Positions 40,134 through 49,663 of a stretch of 64,000 bases of DNA are shown here, piece by piece. Positions within the stretch are counted from its first letter, which is position 1. Each line of letters opens with the position of its first letter. The position numbers and the translations under genes are program-made. This DNA is from an uncultured Pseudomonadales bacterium (GTDB lineage: Bacteria > Patescibacteriota > Microgenomatia > UBA1400 > PJMF01), in NCBI GenBank assembly GCA_964511345.1, contig CAZEEV010000001.1, positions 220,342 through 284,341 on the forward strand, given 5' to 3'. Under the pieces are notes generated by a model, which saw only the letters and a program-made list of their open reading frames with translations, was not told the origin of the DNA and did no database searches.

Positions 40134-41791
40134 AAATTCGCCATTTCCTTGAATCTTTTATCAAGTAATTCGCCTTCTACAGATTTTAAAAGCCAACCAG
40201 CTCTTGGACCAGCTTTTTTACCAAGCAATAATAAATAAATGCTTTCAAAAGCTTTTCTAGGGCCAAGACTATTTTTGGATAAATCAAAAATTGCTTGCTG
40301 CAGATCTGCTGGAGCTAAATCTTTTTTCTCTGCTAACATAACCTGCAATTCTTTTAAGAAACTTTTTTGTTCTTCACTCAAAGTTTTAGCTTCCTCTGGC
40401 ATTTCTGCTTTTGGTCGCAACTGATACTCACTAGGAGCATAATTTCTTACCCATACTTCAGCATATTTGATGCGTTCTTCAAGTAAAGCTTTTTCTAAAT
40501 CATTAAGTTTCTCACCTTTAATTTTGGCAAATTCTTCTTCTAAATTTAATTCTGGATGTTGCATCCACATCGCCACATCTCTAAAGCGAGGCAAGAAAGA
40601 AGTTTGTTGAGCTTTACCAAACTGAGATAATTCAAAAGCTCTGGCCAATCTTCGATCACCTTCTTCTAAACCCCAAGCAATGCGTGCTCCTTGATCATAT
40701 TCATCAAAAAGATCTGGAATTGCCATAGTATTTGGATCAAAATCAATTACCTGAGCATAATTACGACTGGCAAATAAAAAGCGCCCAACAGTTGGAGGGA
40801 AAAGTTTGGTAAATTCACGAGCTGAGGTGCCAACACCTTTACTAGAACTCATTTTAGCTCCACGAATCAAAATCCATTCGTAAGGAATATTGAAAGGCAC
40901 AGGAATATTAAAAACTTGTTGGCATTGAGCACTAGCCATATCTCTTGAACCTCCAGCACTAGAGTGATCTTTACCAGCACCTTCAATATTGACACCCATT
41001 GCCGTCCAATGAGCTGGCCAATCAACCTTCCATAATAGTTTACCGTTGCCTCCAAATGGGCTTATTTTGCCTTTATGTCCACAGCCTTTGGCCCAAGTGA
41101 CTTTATTTTCTTGACACTCAAAGGTTACTTCTTGACCATCCCAACCAGTAACCAGAGTGGTTCCAACTTTACCGCAAACTGGACAAATTACTTGAAATGG
41201 ATACCAAAGTTCCGGTAATTCATATTTGGCGACATCTTGATAGATTTTTCTAAGTGGCGTAACGCTATCCAAAGCTAAACGAATTAGATCGTCCATTTTG
41301 CCAGATTCATAAAGCTCATGACTCCAGACAATCTCTTGAGTACATCCTAAAGAACGGAAGGCGTGCATAAAATCTACCGCATAAAGTTGTGCAAAATTTT
41401 TTGCGTTTTCAAGATCCGCTAATTCTGCAGCTGAAGTCTGGGTTAAATCAATGCCACATTGATCTAAAGCTGGTTTGGGAATTCTATAAAGAGGTTTGCC
41501 CATGTGCTGACCGAACTCTGTTTCATCTAAATAAGCTGGCAAACCATCCATTGGATCCATGTCATTAAAAACATAAGTGTTATCTGGTTCAATGCCTCTT
41601 TCACGTAAAACTTGAGCGACTAAATCATGAAGTAAAACACCACGTAAGGCACCAGTGTGTACACGACCAGAAGGGGTTTTCATATCGTCTACGTGCAATC
41701 GTTTAATACCAGTTTTTTCTTGCCACTTCAAAATACCATCAACCACTTTATCTAGCCAATGTTTGCTTTGTGGTATTTGTGTTTTTTCCAT
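40130..41791 (-). CDS. lysS: Lysine--tRNA ligase, class I
   Basis: TPSGRVHTG, CPVCG, KLLWKVDWPAHW, GKDH, KMSSSKG. Confidence 0.95.
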   Translation of the reverse strand: MEKTQIPQSKHWLDKVVDGILKWQEKTGIKRLHVDDMKTPSGRVHTGALRGVLLHDLVAQVLRERGIEPDNTYVFNDMDPMDGLPAYLDETEFGQHMGKPLYRIPKPALDQCGIDLTQTSAAELADLENAKNFAQLYAVDFMHAFRSLGCTQEIVWSHELYESGKMDDLIRLALDSVTPLRKIYQDVAKYELPELWYPFQVICPVCGKVGTTLVTGWDGQEVTFECQENKVTWAKGCGHKGKISPFGGNGKLLWKVDWPAHWTAMGVNIEGAGKDHSSAGGSRDMASAQCQQVFNIPVPFNIPYEWILIRGAKMSSSKGVGTSAREFTKLFPPTVGRFLFASRNYAQVIDFDPNTMAIPDLFDEYDQGARIAWGLEEGDRRLARAFELSQFGKAQQTSFLPRFRDVAMWMQHPELNLEEEFAKIKGEKLNDLEKALLEERIKYAEVWVRNYAPSEYQLRPKAEMPEEAKTLSEEQKSFLKELQVMLAEKKDLAPADLQQAIFDLSKNSLGPRKAFESIYLLLLGKKAGPRAGWLLKSVEGELLDKRFKEMANL

Positions 41792-41809
41792 AAAATTCCT
41801 ATTGTATTG

Positions 41810-41979
41810 TACAAACCAAGAACTTTAACATAAGACCATTTGCAGAAGCTGATTGCCAAACATCAATAAACAATCATGTTTATAGACAGCGACTGCAATG
41901 AGTGTAGAAGAAGATCGTTAACTTAAAGAAGCTAATAATTTTCGTCTAACGTGTCTTATGTTAAAGTTCTTGGTTTGTA
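41810..41979. repeat. 27-bp perfect inverted repeats containing two inverted dif-like (XerC/D) sites
   Basis: TACAAACCAAGAACTTTAACATAAGAC (41810-41836) and its exact reverse complement (41953-41979); both contain TTATGTTAAAG. Confidence 0.8.
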
Positions 41980-41994
41980 AACCCTATTATATCT

Positions 41995-42023
41995 AAAAAA
42001 CCCCGCTTTTGGCGGGGCTTTTC
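41995..42023 (-). terminator. Intrinsic terminator after greA
   Basis: AAAAAA-CCCCGC-TTTTG-GCGGGG-CTTTT. Confidence 0.8.
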
Positions 42024-42039
42024 TTGTTTTTAATTTGTT

Positions 42040-42504
42040 TTATTTAATTTCTAAAATTTTGTAAGTAATTTTGCCCGCCGGGGTTTCTACTTCAACCTTA
42101 TCTCCCTTACTCTTGGAGAATAAAGCCTTGCCAACTGGAGATTCAACAGAAATTTTACCTTCAGCTGGGTTAGATTCATATTCACCACTCATTTGGTAAG
42201 TGATTTTTTTATTTTTACCAACTACTTCTACAGTTACAATAGAGCCCAAGGAAACAGTGCTAGTGCTTTTGACGGCAGTGACTTCGGCTTTGGCCAGAAT
42301 CTCTTCAATTTCATTAACACGAGCTTGTAAAATATCTCTTTCATCTCTCGCACTGTGATAATCAGCATTTTCTGAAAGATCACCTTGTTCTCTGGCATTG
42401 GCAATTCGTTCGATCACTCGAGGCATGGAAACAGTTTTGAGTTCTTGCAACTCTTGTTGCAACTCTTCGTAACCAGTCTGAGTAATTGTAATTGTGTCTG
42501 ACAT
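42040..42504 (-). CDS. greA: Transcription elongation factor GreA
   Basis: AREQGDLSENADY, ISVESPVGKAL. Confidence 0.97.
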   Translation of the reverse strand: MSDTITITQTGYEELQQELQELKTVSMPRVIERIANAREQGDLSENADYHSARDERDILQARVNEIEEILAKAEVTAVKSTSTVSLGSIVTVEVVGKNKKITYQMSGEYESNPAEGKISVESPVGKALFSKSKGDKVEVETPAGKITYKILEIK

Positions 42505-42554
42505 AACAGTTGCTTAGTATAAATAAATTTTCGTCTTTGGCAATAGCTTGAATT

Positions 42555-44324
42555 TTACTGACCGAGTACTAGGACTGCGCTGTAGGCATTAGTGCTATCT
42601 TCATCCTCAATATCGGTCTTTAGAGCCAGAGTGAGGTCAGTGACTGTTTCTAATTCTTTGAGTAAAGCTGCATTGCTAGCGTTATCTTCTTTAACTAACA
42701 AATAGTCGCCTTTTTCATAGATACCCTTAGCGTTTTTGGCATTTACATTTTCAAATTTGGCAGCTTTGACTTTGTTAGCAATCGTCGAAGCATAGCCAGC
42801 TTTAGTGGTGGCGTTAACTACGAGTATTTTGTAATCAGCTTTGTTAATTTCAATAGTTGGAGTAGGGGTTGGTGTCGCCTCTGGAGTGACGCTTGGTTCT
42901 ACCTCCACCACTGGTTTACTGTCAGTTTTGTGATTGGTCCATTGCAAATAAGCCAAACCAATTCCTACACCTAAAGCAATAGTTACTACAAAACTTAAAA
43001 AACCAATTAAGATCATTTTAGCCACAGACGAGCCATCATTCTGATTTTTAATTACTTGTTTTTCTGGGATTTTTGCGGATTCACTAGATTTCTTATCAGA
43101 TGCATCTGTCTGTTTAGACTCTTTTGAAACTTGATTTTTGTCAAAAACTGAAGGGTCAAGAGCTAAGTTAGCAAATTGACTAAAATCAACTTCTTTTTCT
43201 TCCACCGGAGTTTGTTTTTCTGCCATATCTACCTTTTCGCTTATGACTTCTTCTATTTTAGCTGATTTGTCGGGAATTTCCACTTTTTCTGGAGTTACTG
43301 CCGGTTCTTCATCCAAACTCTCTACTGCCACTTCAACTACTGGAGTGCTTGTAACAGTCGTTGGAACTGGTAAAACAGCTTCACCTACCACTGCTGGTTT
43401 AACCATATTATCCAAATCATCTTCCAAATCGTCTTCTACTTCGCTTTTTTCATCAACTGAAATGTTCTGAGCTTGATAATTTTTGTCCAAATTAAATTGA
43501 GGCAACAAGAACTCTGGAATTGAAAAAGTCTTAGCTCCAGCTTCAATAATTTGTCTCACATAAGAAGGCATGCTCTCGTTTTCACTAGCTAAATCAGCTA
43601 ATTGCTGAACTGGAAGAGTTTCTTTAAGTTTCTCTTTGATGGCATCGTCAACCAAACTATTGGTCAATAAATAAACAGTTTGTAAGCTGGGTTCGACTCC
43701 TTTAAGAGTTTTAACAGTTTCAGCAAAATTTTCTCCTTCGGCAACCTCCACAGAATAACACTGATCCACGCCAATATAGTGCTCGGCTAAAAATAAATGG
43801 TTGCCCATTTGCAAAATCGCTACCGATGGCTCGAGACTAATAATTGATTTACTAGTCCAACTCAATGGAGAGATGGATTCAATTTTAATGTCTTTGTGAC
43901 TTTCAAGAATTTTGGTTAGAGGAACAACCACTGATTTCTCCAGAGCAGTTAGTTGAACTTTAAAAGCTCCCTTATAATTACTTAGAACTGTCGTGTCCAA
44001 ATAATAATCTTCATTGTTGATATTTAATTCTGGTAATAATTTATTGTTTAAATGTTCTTTGACAGCTTCTTCGCTTTCCAACTCGAGATTAACAATGGTG
44101 CTAGTAAATAAAAAATCTGGTAAAACTAATTTGTAGCTTCCAGCTTCTAATTTGGAAAAAAGTTTAATTAAATTGCTCTCGAGTAAATTATTTTCGTCTA
44201 AAAACTCACCGTTAATTTGGCGAAAGTCGGAAAGTGTAAAATCATGAGCCTTTTTGCCAGGAACTAATTTAGCAATGTAAGCTAAATCAGAAAGAATATA
44301 GAGCAAACGAGTGTCGGTAGGCAT
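42555..44324 (-). CDS. Single-TM protein with acidic linker and C-terminal LytR_C-like domain
   Basis: TM at about aa 437-460, PT-rich spacer, ILVVNATTKAGYA...VLVLG. Confidence 0.7.
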   Translation of the reverse strand: MPTDTRLLYILSDLAYIAKLVPGKKAHDFTLSDFRQINGEFLDENNLLESNLIKLFSKLEAGSYKLVLPDFLFTSTIVNLELESEEAVKEHLNNKLLPELNINNEDYYLDTTVLSNYKGAFKVQLTALEKSVVVPLTKILESHKDIKIESISPLSWTSKSIISLEPSVAILQMGNHLFLAEHYIGVDQCYSVEVAEGENFAETVKTLKGVEPSLQTVYLLTNSLVDDAIKEKLKETLPVQQLADLASENESMPSYVRQIIEAGAKTFSIPEFLLPQFNLDKNYQAQNISVDEKSEVEDDLEDDLDNMVKPAVVGEAVLPVPTTVTSTPVVEVAVESLDEEPAVTPEKVEIPDKSAKIEEVISEKVDMAEKQTPVEEKEVDFSQFANLALDPSVFDKNQVSKESKQTDASDKKSSESAKIPEKQVIKNQNDGSSVAKMILIGFLSFVVTIALGVGIGLAYLQWTNHKTDSKPVVEVEPSVTPEATPTPTPTIEINKADYKILVVNATTKAGYASTIANKVKAAKFENVNAKNAKGIYEKGDYLLVKEDNASNAALLKELETVTDLTLALKTDIEDEDSTNAYSAVLVLGQ

Positions 44325-44425
44325 ACCAAAATTATAACTTGAATAGCAAGGGAGTGCAAATAGGGTAAAGTAAAAAAATATTGCTTGACACCGGAGGCTT
44401 AAAAAAGTAGATTCTTTAGCTAAAT

Positions 44426-45079
44426 ATGTCCCAAGAATTTCTGCAGGTTTTATCGGTTAATAACCAAAAAATCATTAAAAAACTTAACACTCCGGAACTA
44501 GTCCAAGATTTTGTCGATCAAAAAGTTATTTACGATACAAAGCGTGAAGACCGAACTATCGAAGAAATCCTAAATGACGGGCGGGGTGAATGTTATGGTG
44601 GAGCTTTACTTGCTGCCACTTGCTTAATGGTGGCTAATCTTGAGGTTTTCTTAGTTAGAATTGAAGCCAGAGGAGGAGATGAGGAACACATTCTTTGCGT
44701 ATATAAACAAAACAACTATTTTGGTTCAATCGCTCAAAGTAAATTTTTGGGCTTAAAAGACAGAAAACCAATTTATAAAACCATTAGAGATTTAGTAGTT
44801 AGTTATCAAGAATTTTATTTTGGTTTTGATGGCAGGTACACTCTCTTGTCTTTTCATCAACCACTAAATCTTAAAAAATACCAATTTACTTGGCTTAGTC
44901 AAAGAGAAAGTGTTTTGCAAATAGCCAAAGATTTAATCTCCGCCCCAATTGAAGAAATTGCTAAATTAGATGATCCTTATTTTCTAGTAAATCCCAAACG
45001 CTACTGGAACGAAATTCTCTACATTCCTGAGTGGGCAAAAATTCCAGAAAGTTATTTACGAGTAAAAAAAGACGCATAA
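44426..45079 (+). CDS. Hypothetical protein, transglutaminase-like cysteine-protease fold
   Basis: GECYGGALLAA, DEEHILCVY, GSIAQSKFLGL; promoter TTGACA-17-TAGATT upstream. Confidence 0.6.
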   Translation: MSQEFLQVLSVNNQKIIKKLNTPELVQDFVDQKVIYDTKREDRTIEEILNDGRGECYGGALLAATCLMVANLEVFLVRIEARGGDEEHILCVYKQNNYFGSIAQSKFLGLKDRKPIYKTIRDLVVSYQEFYFGFDGRYTLLSFHQPLNLKKYQFTWLSQRESVLQIAKDLISAPIEEIAKLDDPYFLVNPKRYWNEILYIPEWAKIPESYLRVKKDA

Positions 45080-45091
45080 TTGCGTCTTTTT
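45064..45091. terminator. Bidirectional terminator hairpin
   Basis: AAAAAAAGACGCA-TAAT-TGCGTCTTTTT. Confidence 0.75.
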
Positions 45092-45098
45092 CTTATAT

Positions 45099-45193
45099 GT
45101 GAGTCCGGTGGAGCTCCACTCTTCGAGTGCTAGTCACGCGCTTCGTAAATAAAAGGCACTCAAAAATTCAATCTCGCTTGACGGTGGAACCCA
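45099..45193 (-). mobile_element. Duplicated tRNA-Lys 3' end, T-loop split by a 70-bp insert
   Basis: GTGAGTCCGGTGGAGCTC, insert 45117-45186, then GAACCCA; the tRNA reads GTGAGTCCGGTGGGACTC-GAACCCA. Confidence 0.7.
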
Positions 45194-45224
45194 TATATTT
45201 GGCTTTTCATCTATACCGGCTCCA

Positions 45225-45263
45225 TTTATAAAAAAACACGCTTACAGCGTGATTTTTTATAAA
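45225..45263 (-). terminator. Terminator of tRNA-Lys
   Basis: TTTATAAAAAAACACGCT-TAC-AGCGTGATTTTTTATAAA. Confidence 0.8.
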
Positions 45264-45264
45264 G

Positions 45265-45338
45265 TGAGTCCGGTGGGACTCGAACCCACGACGCACAGCT
45301 TAAAAGGCTGTCGCTCTAACCGACTGAGCTACGGACCC
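45265..45338 (-). tRNA. tRNA-Lys(TTT)
   Basis: GGGTCCG/CGGACTC acceptor, ACAGC-ctTTTaa-GCTGT, GGTTCGAGTCC. Confidence 0.96.
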
Positions 45339-45390
45339 ATGTTAAAAAACAAGTTATTATATCAAAGTTTAAAAACTTTATAGCCTCTAA

Positions 45391-45960
45391 TTAATCATTG
45401 ACTCTAGAAACGTAAGCTGCTGTTTCAGTATCAATTAATAAGGTATCACCGGTTTTAATAAAAAGAGGTGCTTGAACAATCAAACCACTTTCCATCACTA
45501 TTGGCTTTTTACCAGCAGTCTGACGATCGCCAGAGACAGCATCTTGAGCTTCTGCCACAGTCATTCTAACCTTAGGTGGCAAAATTACCCCAATTACTTG
45601 CTCTTCATAAATAGTTAAATAAACTTTGATTTCAGAAGTTAGCATCTGCACTTTATCACCCAAAATATGTTTTGGTACAGATAATTGTTCATAAGAGCGT
45701 GGATCCATAAAGACAACTTCATTACCATCCAAATACAAAAATTGCATTTCTTTTGTTTCAACATCTAATTCTTCAACATTGTCGTGAGATTTAAAGTTAA
45801 ATTCGATGTTGGCACCATTGCGCATATCGCGCATTTTGACTCTGGTAAAAGCAGAACCTTTGCCAGGAGAAACGAATTGGGTCTTCACTACATAATGAGG
45901 AAGGTCTTTATATAAAATATAAATACCTTTTTTGATGTTGCCGGCTTTGATGGTTGACAT
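45391..45960 (-). CDS. efp: Elongation factor P
   Basis: VSPGKGSAF, MQFLYLDG, VQAPLFI, YVSR. Confidence 0.97.
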   Translation of the reverse strand: MSTIKAGNIKKGIYILYKDLPHYVVKTQFVSPGKGSAFTRVKMRDMRNGANIEFNFKSHDNVEELDVETKEMQFLYLDGNEVVFMDPRSYEQLSVPKHILGDKVQMLTSEIKVYLTIYEEQVIGVILPPKVRMTVAEAQDAVSGDRQTAGKKPIVMESGLIVQAPLFIKTGDTLLIDTETAAYVSRVND

Positions 45961-45991
45961 AACTAGAGTATTTTACGCCTGGCGTATTGTT

Positions 45992-47053
45992 TTAGTCAAG
46001 GAAGAGCTCACTGGCTGGAAAAAGTAGAGCGTCGTCAATATTATCTACATCTGAAAAAAGCATAACCAAGCGGTCAACTCCCACCGCCATGCCGCTACAA
46101 GCTGACAAACCAGATTTTAAAGCATCAAGAAAATCTTGATCAATTGGTTGTGATTTTTTGCCCAGTTCATGACGTAAAAGTAAATCTGCCTCCAAACCTT
46201 CTTTTTGCAAAACTGCATCAGTTAATTCTCCAAAAGCATTGCCCAATTCCATACCTGCCAAATAAACTTCAAAACGTTCTGCAAAACGCGGATCTTTTTT
46301 GGTTCTCTGAGCTAAAGCTGTTTGGGCAGCAGGATAATCATAAACAATCACTGGCTGATTAAATTCGGCCAACTTGGGTTCAATTTCGTTTAAAAACAAT
46401 TGGTTATAAACTTCCTCCCAAATTAGATCTTTAGAAAGAGCCTTGAGACCGGTTAAATCATAACCTAATTCCAGAGCTTTAAGACAAATGGCGCGTAAAT
46501 CAAAAAGTTGGTCTTCATTTAAATTTAAATATTTTTTAAATAATTCTGCGACACTAATTTTTGGATAGGGAGCACTTAAATCAAAAGTTTCGCCCTGATA
46601 AACAAACTTTTTTTCATCAATTCCTAGATTTCGACAAACAAAACTAAGCATGTGCGCAAAATCATCCATCACCTTAAAATAATTAGCATTGACACGGTAA
46701 AACTCTAAAATTGTAAACTCTGGATTATGCCAACCACCCAAACTTTCCTGATTTCTAAAAGTTTTACAGATTTGAAAAATATTACCAAAATCAGCAGCCA
46801 ATAATTTTTTCATGGCATACTCTGGACTAGTGGTTAAATAAACTGGTTTTTCTTGACCATCGGTTAACTGAAGTTTACTTTCAAAAAGATTAAAATATGG
46901 CTCAGTACTGGGTACGCTTATCATGAGCGGAGTTTCAACTTCATGAAAATTATTTTGTTTAAAAAAAAGTCGCAAAGCATCAACTACTTTTTCTCTAATC
47001 AAAAATCGTGTCTTAAGACCAGGATCTGCCTTAATTTTTTGCCAATTTTTCAT
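45992..47053 (-). CDS. epmA: EF-P lysine aminoacylase EpmA/GenX
   Basis: YLTTSPEYAMKKLLAA, FRNQE, HNPEFTILEFYR, ERFEVY, GVDRLVM; no anticodon-binding domain; adjacent to efp. Confidence 0.92.
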   Translation of the reverse strand: MKNWQKIKADPGLKTRFLIREKVVDALRLFFKQNNFHEVETPLMISVPSTEPYFNLFESKLQLTDGQEKPVYLTTSPEYAMKKLLAADFGNIFQICKTFRNQESLGGWHNPEFTILEFYRVNANYFKVMDDFAHMLSFVCRNLGIDEKKFVYQGETFDLSAPYPKISVAELFKKYLNLNEDQLFDLRAICLKALELGYDLTGLKALSKDLIWEEVYNQLFLNEIEPKLAEFNQPVIVYDYPAAQTALAQRTKKDPRFAERFEVYLAGMELGNAFGELTDAVLQKEGLEADLLLRHELGKKSQPIDQDFLDALKSGLSACSGMAVGVDRLVMLFSDVDNIDDALLFPASELFLD

Positions 47054-47057
47054 AATT

Positions 47058-48017
47058 TTATAGATTAATTGCTTTGAGTGAAATATAAACTAAATATAAG
47101 GAAAGCAATAAAATTGATTCCTTCTTATCAAGCTTATTGCGACTCCCAATAAACAGGACCACGATAATAACACTAAATAGCAAGTAGGGAATGTCGAATT
47201 GCACCAAACCACGATCAACATTCCAACCGCTAATAGATGCACCAAGAGCCATCGCCACACAAAGATTAACAACGGTACCACCAACTAAATTGCCCATGGA
47301 AAGATCTCTTGAACCTTTAAGAGCAGCTGTGATGGCAATCACTAATTCTGGCAAACTTACACCAAAGCCTAACAACACAATTCCTACCGTTGCCTCACTG
47401 ATGCCCAATTGAGTGGCCAACATTACTCCTTTAGCTAAAACTATTTGCGAAGCTTTAACGATAATTAGCAAACCAGCTAATAACTTGATTACATCAAGCC
47501 ATTTCATTTTTTTTCTAGTTAACTTGCTTTTAATTTGATCAGAGGCTTGAGCTAAAAAACTTTGGCGACTGGCATAAAGAATGTAGACCACATAAAAAGC
47601 CAATAGAGCAAGCCCTTCAAAACGAGCAATGACAGCATCTCGACTAAAAATATAGAAAGCCATAGCAGCAATGATCACAAAGGCAGCGTTAAAAAAAACA
47701 TTTTTTTTCTTAAATCTGACTACTTTTAAAAGACCAGAAACAGCTACTACTAAAATTAATTGATTCATTGAAGCACCAATTGCATTACCCACTACAATGT
47801 CTGATGTGTTCTGTCCTGCCAAAGTTTGCACTGCTCCAGTTACAGATAAAGTGATCTCTGGAAAACTAGTGCCTAAGGCAACAATGGTCATGCCAACAAA
47901 GGCTTCGGACATACCCCAAGCTTTGGCAAGACGAGAAGCTGCTCCAGTAATGAGGTTAGCTGCCAGCCAGACAAAAAGTAAACCTAGAATAAAAACTAAT
48001 AAACTAGAATTCAACAT
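47058..48017 (-). CDS. Calcium/sodium antiporter (YrbG-like CaCA)
   Basis: GTSFPE...GNAIG and GVSLPE...GNLVG alpha repeats; ATG 48017. Confidence 0.9.
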   Translation of the reverse strand: MLNSSLLVFILGLLFVWLAANLITGAASRLAKAWGMSEAFVGMTIVALGTSFPEITLSVTGAVQTLAGQNTSDIVVGNAIGASMNQLILVVAVSGLLKVVRFKKKNVFFNAAFVIIAAMAFYIFSRDAVIARFEGLALLAFYVVYILYASRQSFLAQASDQIKSKLTRKKMKWLDVIKLLAGLLIIVKASQIVLAKGVMLATQLGISEATVGIVLLGFGVSLPELVIAITAALKGSRDLSMGNLVGGTVVNLCVAMALGASISGWNVDRGLVQFDIPYLLFSVIIVVLFIGSRNKLDKKESILLLSLYLVYISLKAINL

Positions 48018-48122
48018 AAGACTATTAAAGCAAATTTTTGAAGATGGGAGAAGAAGCTGGATTTTAAAAGAAAAGATGATATAATAAATTTGACTGATTC
48101 GGCAGTATAAAGAAAGGATTTT

Positions 48123-48447
48123 ATGAAGAAAATTCTTCACTGCTTGCCCAGAATCTTAACATTATTTACATAAGTTGCTCAATCTTGTGTTTTTCGAACA
48201 TTCTGAGAGAATCTCAGAGTTTACTTCCCGTAATCTTTCATCTAATTTTTGTGTCATTCTGATTATGTTAACGGTAATTGCCTGGCGAAATAAACTAGCC
48301 AGTGGCTGGCTGTTTATACTGACAGGCTTAATAATTATTTTCCTACCAGATTTTAAATCCTGGATTTCGGCAATCCCTGCTTTTACAATAGGAATACTAT
48401 TTTGGATTGGTGCCGACACTGTTGCTAACAAACGTCGTTATTTTTAA
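48123..48447 (+). pseudogene. Frameshifted tandem paralog of the 48463 membrane protein
   Basis: MKKILHCLPRILTLFT* continues in another frame as TVIAWRNKLASGWLFIL..SWISAIPAFTIGILFWIG; same GAAAGGA SD. Confidence 0.75.
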
Positions 48448-48462
48448 AGAAAGGAAATTTTT

Positions 48463-48777
48463 ATGAAAAAATTTCTTTATTTACTACCTAGAGTTTTGGC
48501 GGTTTTGTTTATTGCTTTCGTTAGTTTGTTTGCTTTGGATGCTTTTGAACAAGCCCAATGGCTCATGGCTTTAATAATGCATTTAATTCCCAGTTTTATT
48601 TTAATTGCTATAACAATTGTTGCCTGGAAACGTGAGCTTATTGGAGGCCTACTTTTTATTTTAGTTGGAGGAATACTTTTGTTTTTATCTGGTTTTGAAT
48701 CATGGATTGTTTCAGCACCGGCTTTTGTGATTGGAGTGCTGTTTTGGGTGGGGAAGAAATATTGTAAATCAGCTTAG
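48463..48777 (+). CDS. Small four-TM membrane protein
   Basis: PRVLAVLFIAFVSLFALDAF, MHLIPS, IVAWKRELIGG; GAAAGGA SD. Confidence 0.8.
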   Translation: MKKFLYLLPRVLAVLFIAFVSLFALDAFEQAQWLMALIMHLIPSFILIAITIVAWKRELIGGLLFILVGGILLFLSGFESWIVSAPAFVIGVLFWVGKKYCKSA

Positions 48778-48816
48778 TCAGTAGAAATAAGATAATTATC
48801 TTGCTAAACTCAACGT

Positions 48817-49641
48817 ATGCTTGAAAATGGGCAAGAGATAGAGAGTACTGAATCCATACTTGAAGAAGTTTGGCTAACTCGTGGCACAAACAACAAACTA
48901 GCAGAAAAAGTTAGACTGCCTAATAAAATGAAGTCTGGGTATGGATTTCCCACATTTTTATCACTAAAGGAATCAACTTTGCATTTAGATCGTTTTGATA
49001 ATTATTTTGGAGAAGGCAATGAAAGAATTAGAATTTTTTGTTTTGGCTTGTTTGAAGATCGCACGATAGTTAATAAAAATACAAATATTAAACCAATCGG
49101 CTATTTATTTTTACAAGAAGTTGGTGGCAACAAGCCTCATATTGAATGTAGTGATAACTGGCTGCTTTCTATGATTACACACGTTACTAATCCAGACGGC
49201 ACAAATGGAATAGATCCATTGTTTTCGATAATAGAAGATGACTACCACAATTCACCTCATTCTAGGAAAATTCCTTTAGCAGCAATTCGAGTAGGTTCTG
49301 ACACTACATATAGAGAATCTAGAAATAAAACTATTGCAAAATTAGAAAAAAATGGCACAGCAAAACTCATAGAAATGTTAGAAGAAATGAAAAATAACCC
49401 GAGAAACATAAACGGTGGTGGAAATAATGAGAGGTTAGAAGAATTTCAACATACTCATCTCGGATTTGGCAAACTTATGTTATCTGGAGCGATTGATGTT
49501 TGTCGAAGAATTGGTTATGAAAAACTTTATATAAAAGGGGCAAATGAAAACTCACAAAAATTAGTGGCAAAGTCTTCATTTCCATATGTAAAATCAAGGG
49601 ATGGTGGATTTACAACTTTGATTATAGATACAAAGAAGTGA
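48817..49641 (+). CDS. Hypothetical protein with GNAT-like C-terminus
   Basis: EFQHTHLGFGKLML..AIDVCRRIGYEKLYI..NENSQKL resembles acetyl-CoA-binding motifs A/B. Confidence 0.55.
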   Translation: MLENGQEIESTESILEEVWLTRGTNNKLAEKVRLPNKMKSGYGFPTFLSLKESTLHLDRFDNYFGEGNERIRIFCFGLFEDRTIVNKNTNIKPIGYLFLQEVGGNKPHIECSDNWLLSMITHVTNPDGTNGIDPLFSIIEDDYHNSPHSRKIPLAAIRVGSDTTYRESRNKTIAKLEKNGTAKLIEMLEEMKNNPRNINGGGNNERLEEFQHTHLGFGKLMLSGAIDVCRRIGYEKLYIKGANENSQKLVAKSSFPYVKSRDGGFTTLIIDTKK

Positions 49642-49663
49642 GTATAACAATAGTAACAGCACT

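Noticed and set aside
41876-41926. 16-aa ORF MFIDSDCNECRRRSLT between the dif-like sites
   Set aside because: Too short and without SD; chance occurrence is likely.
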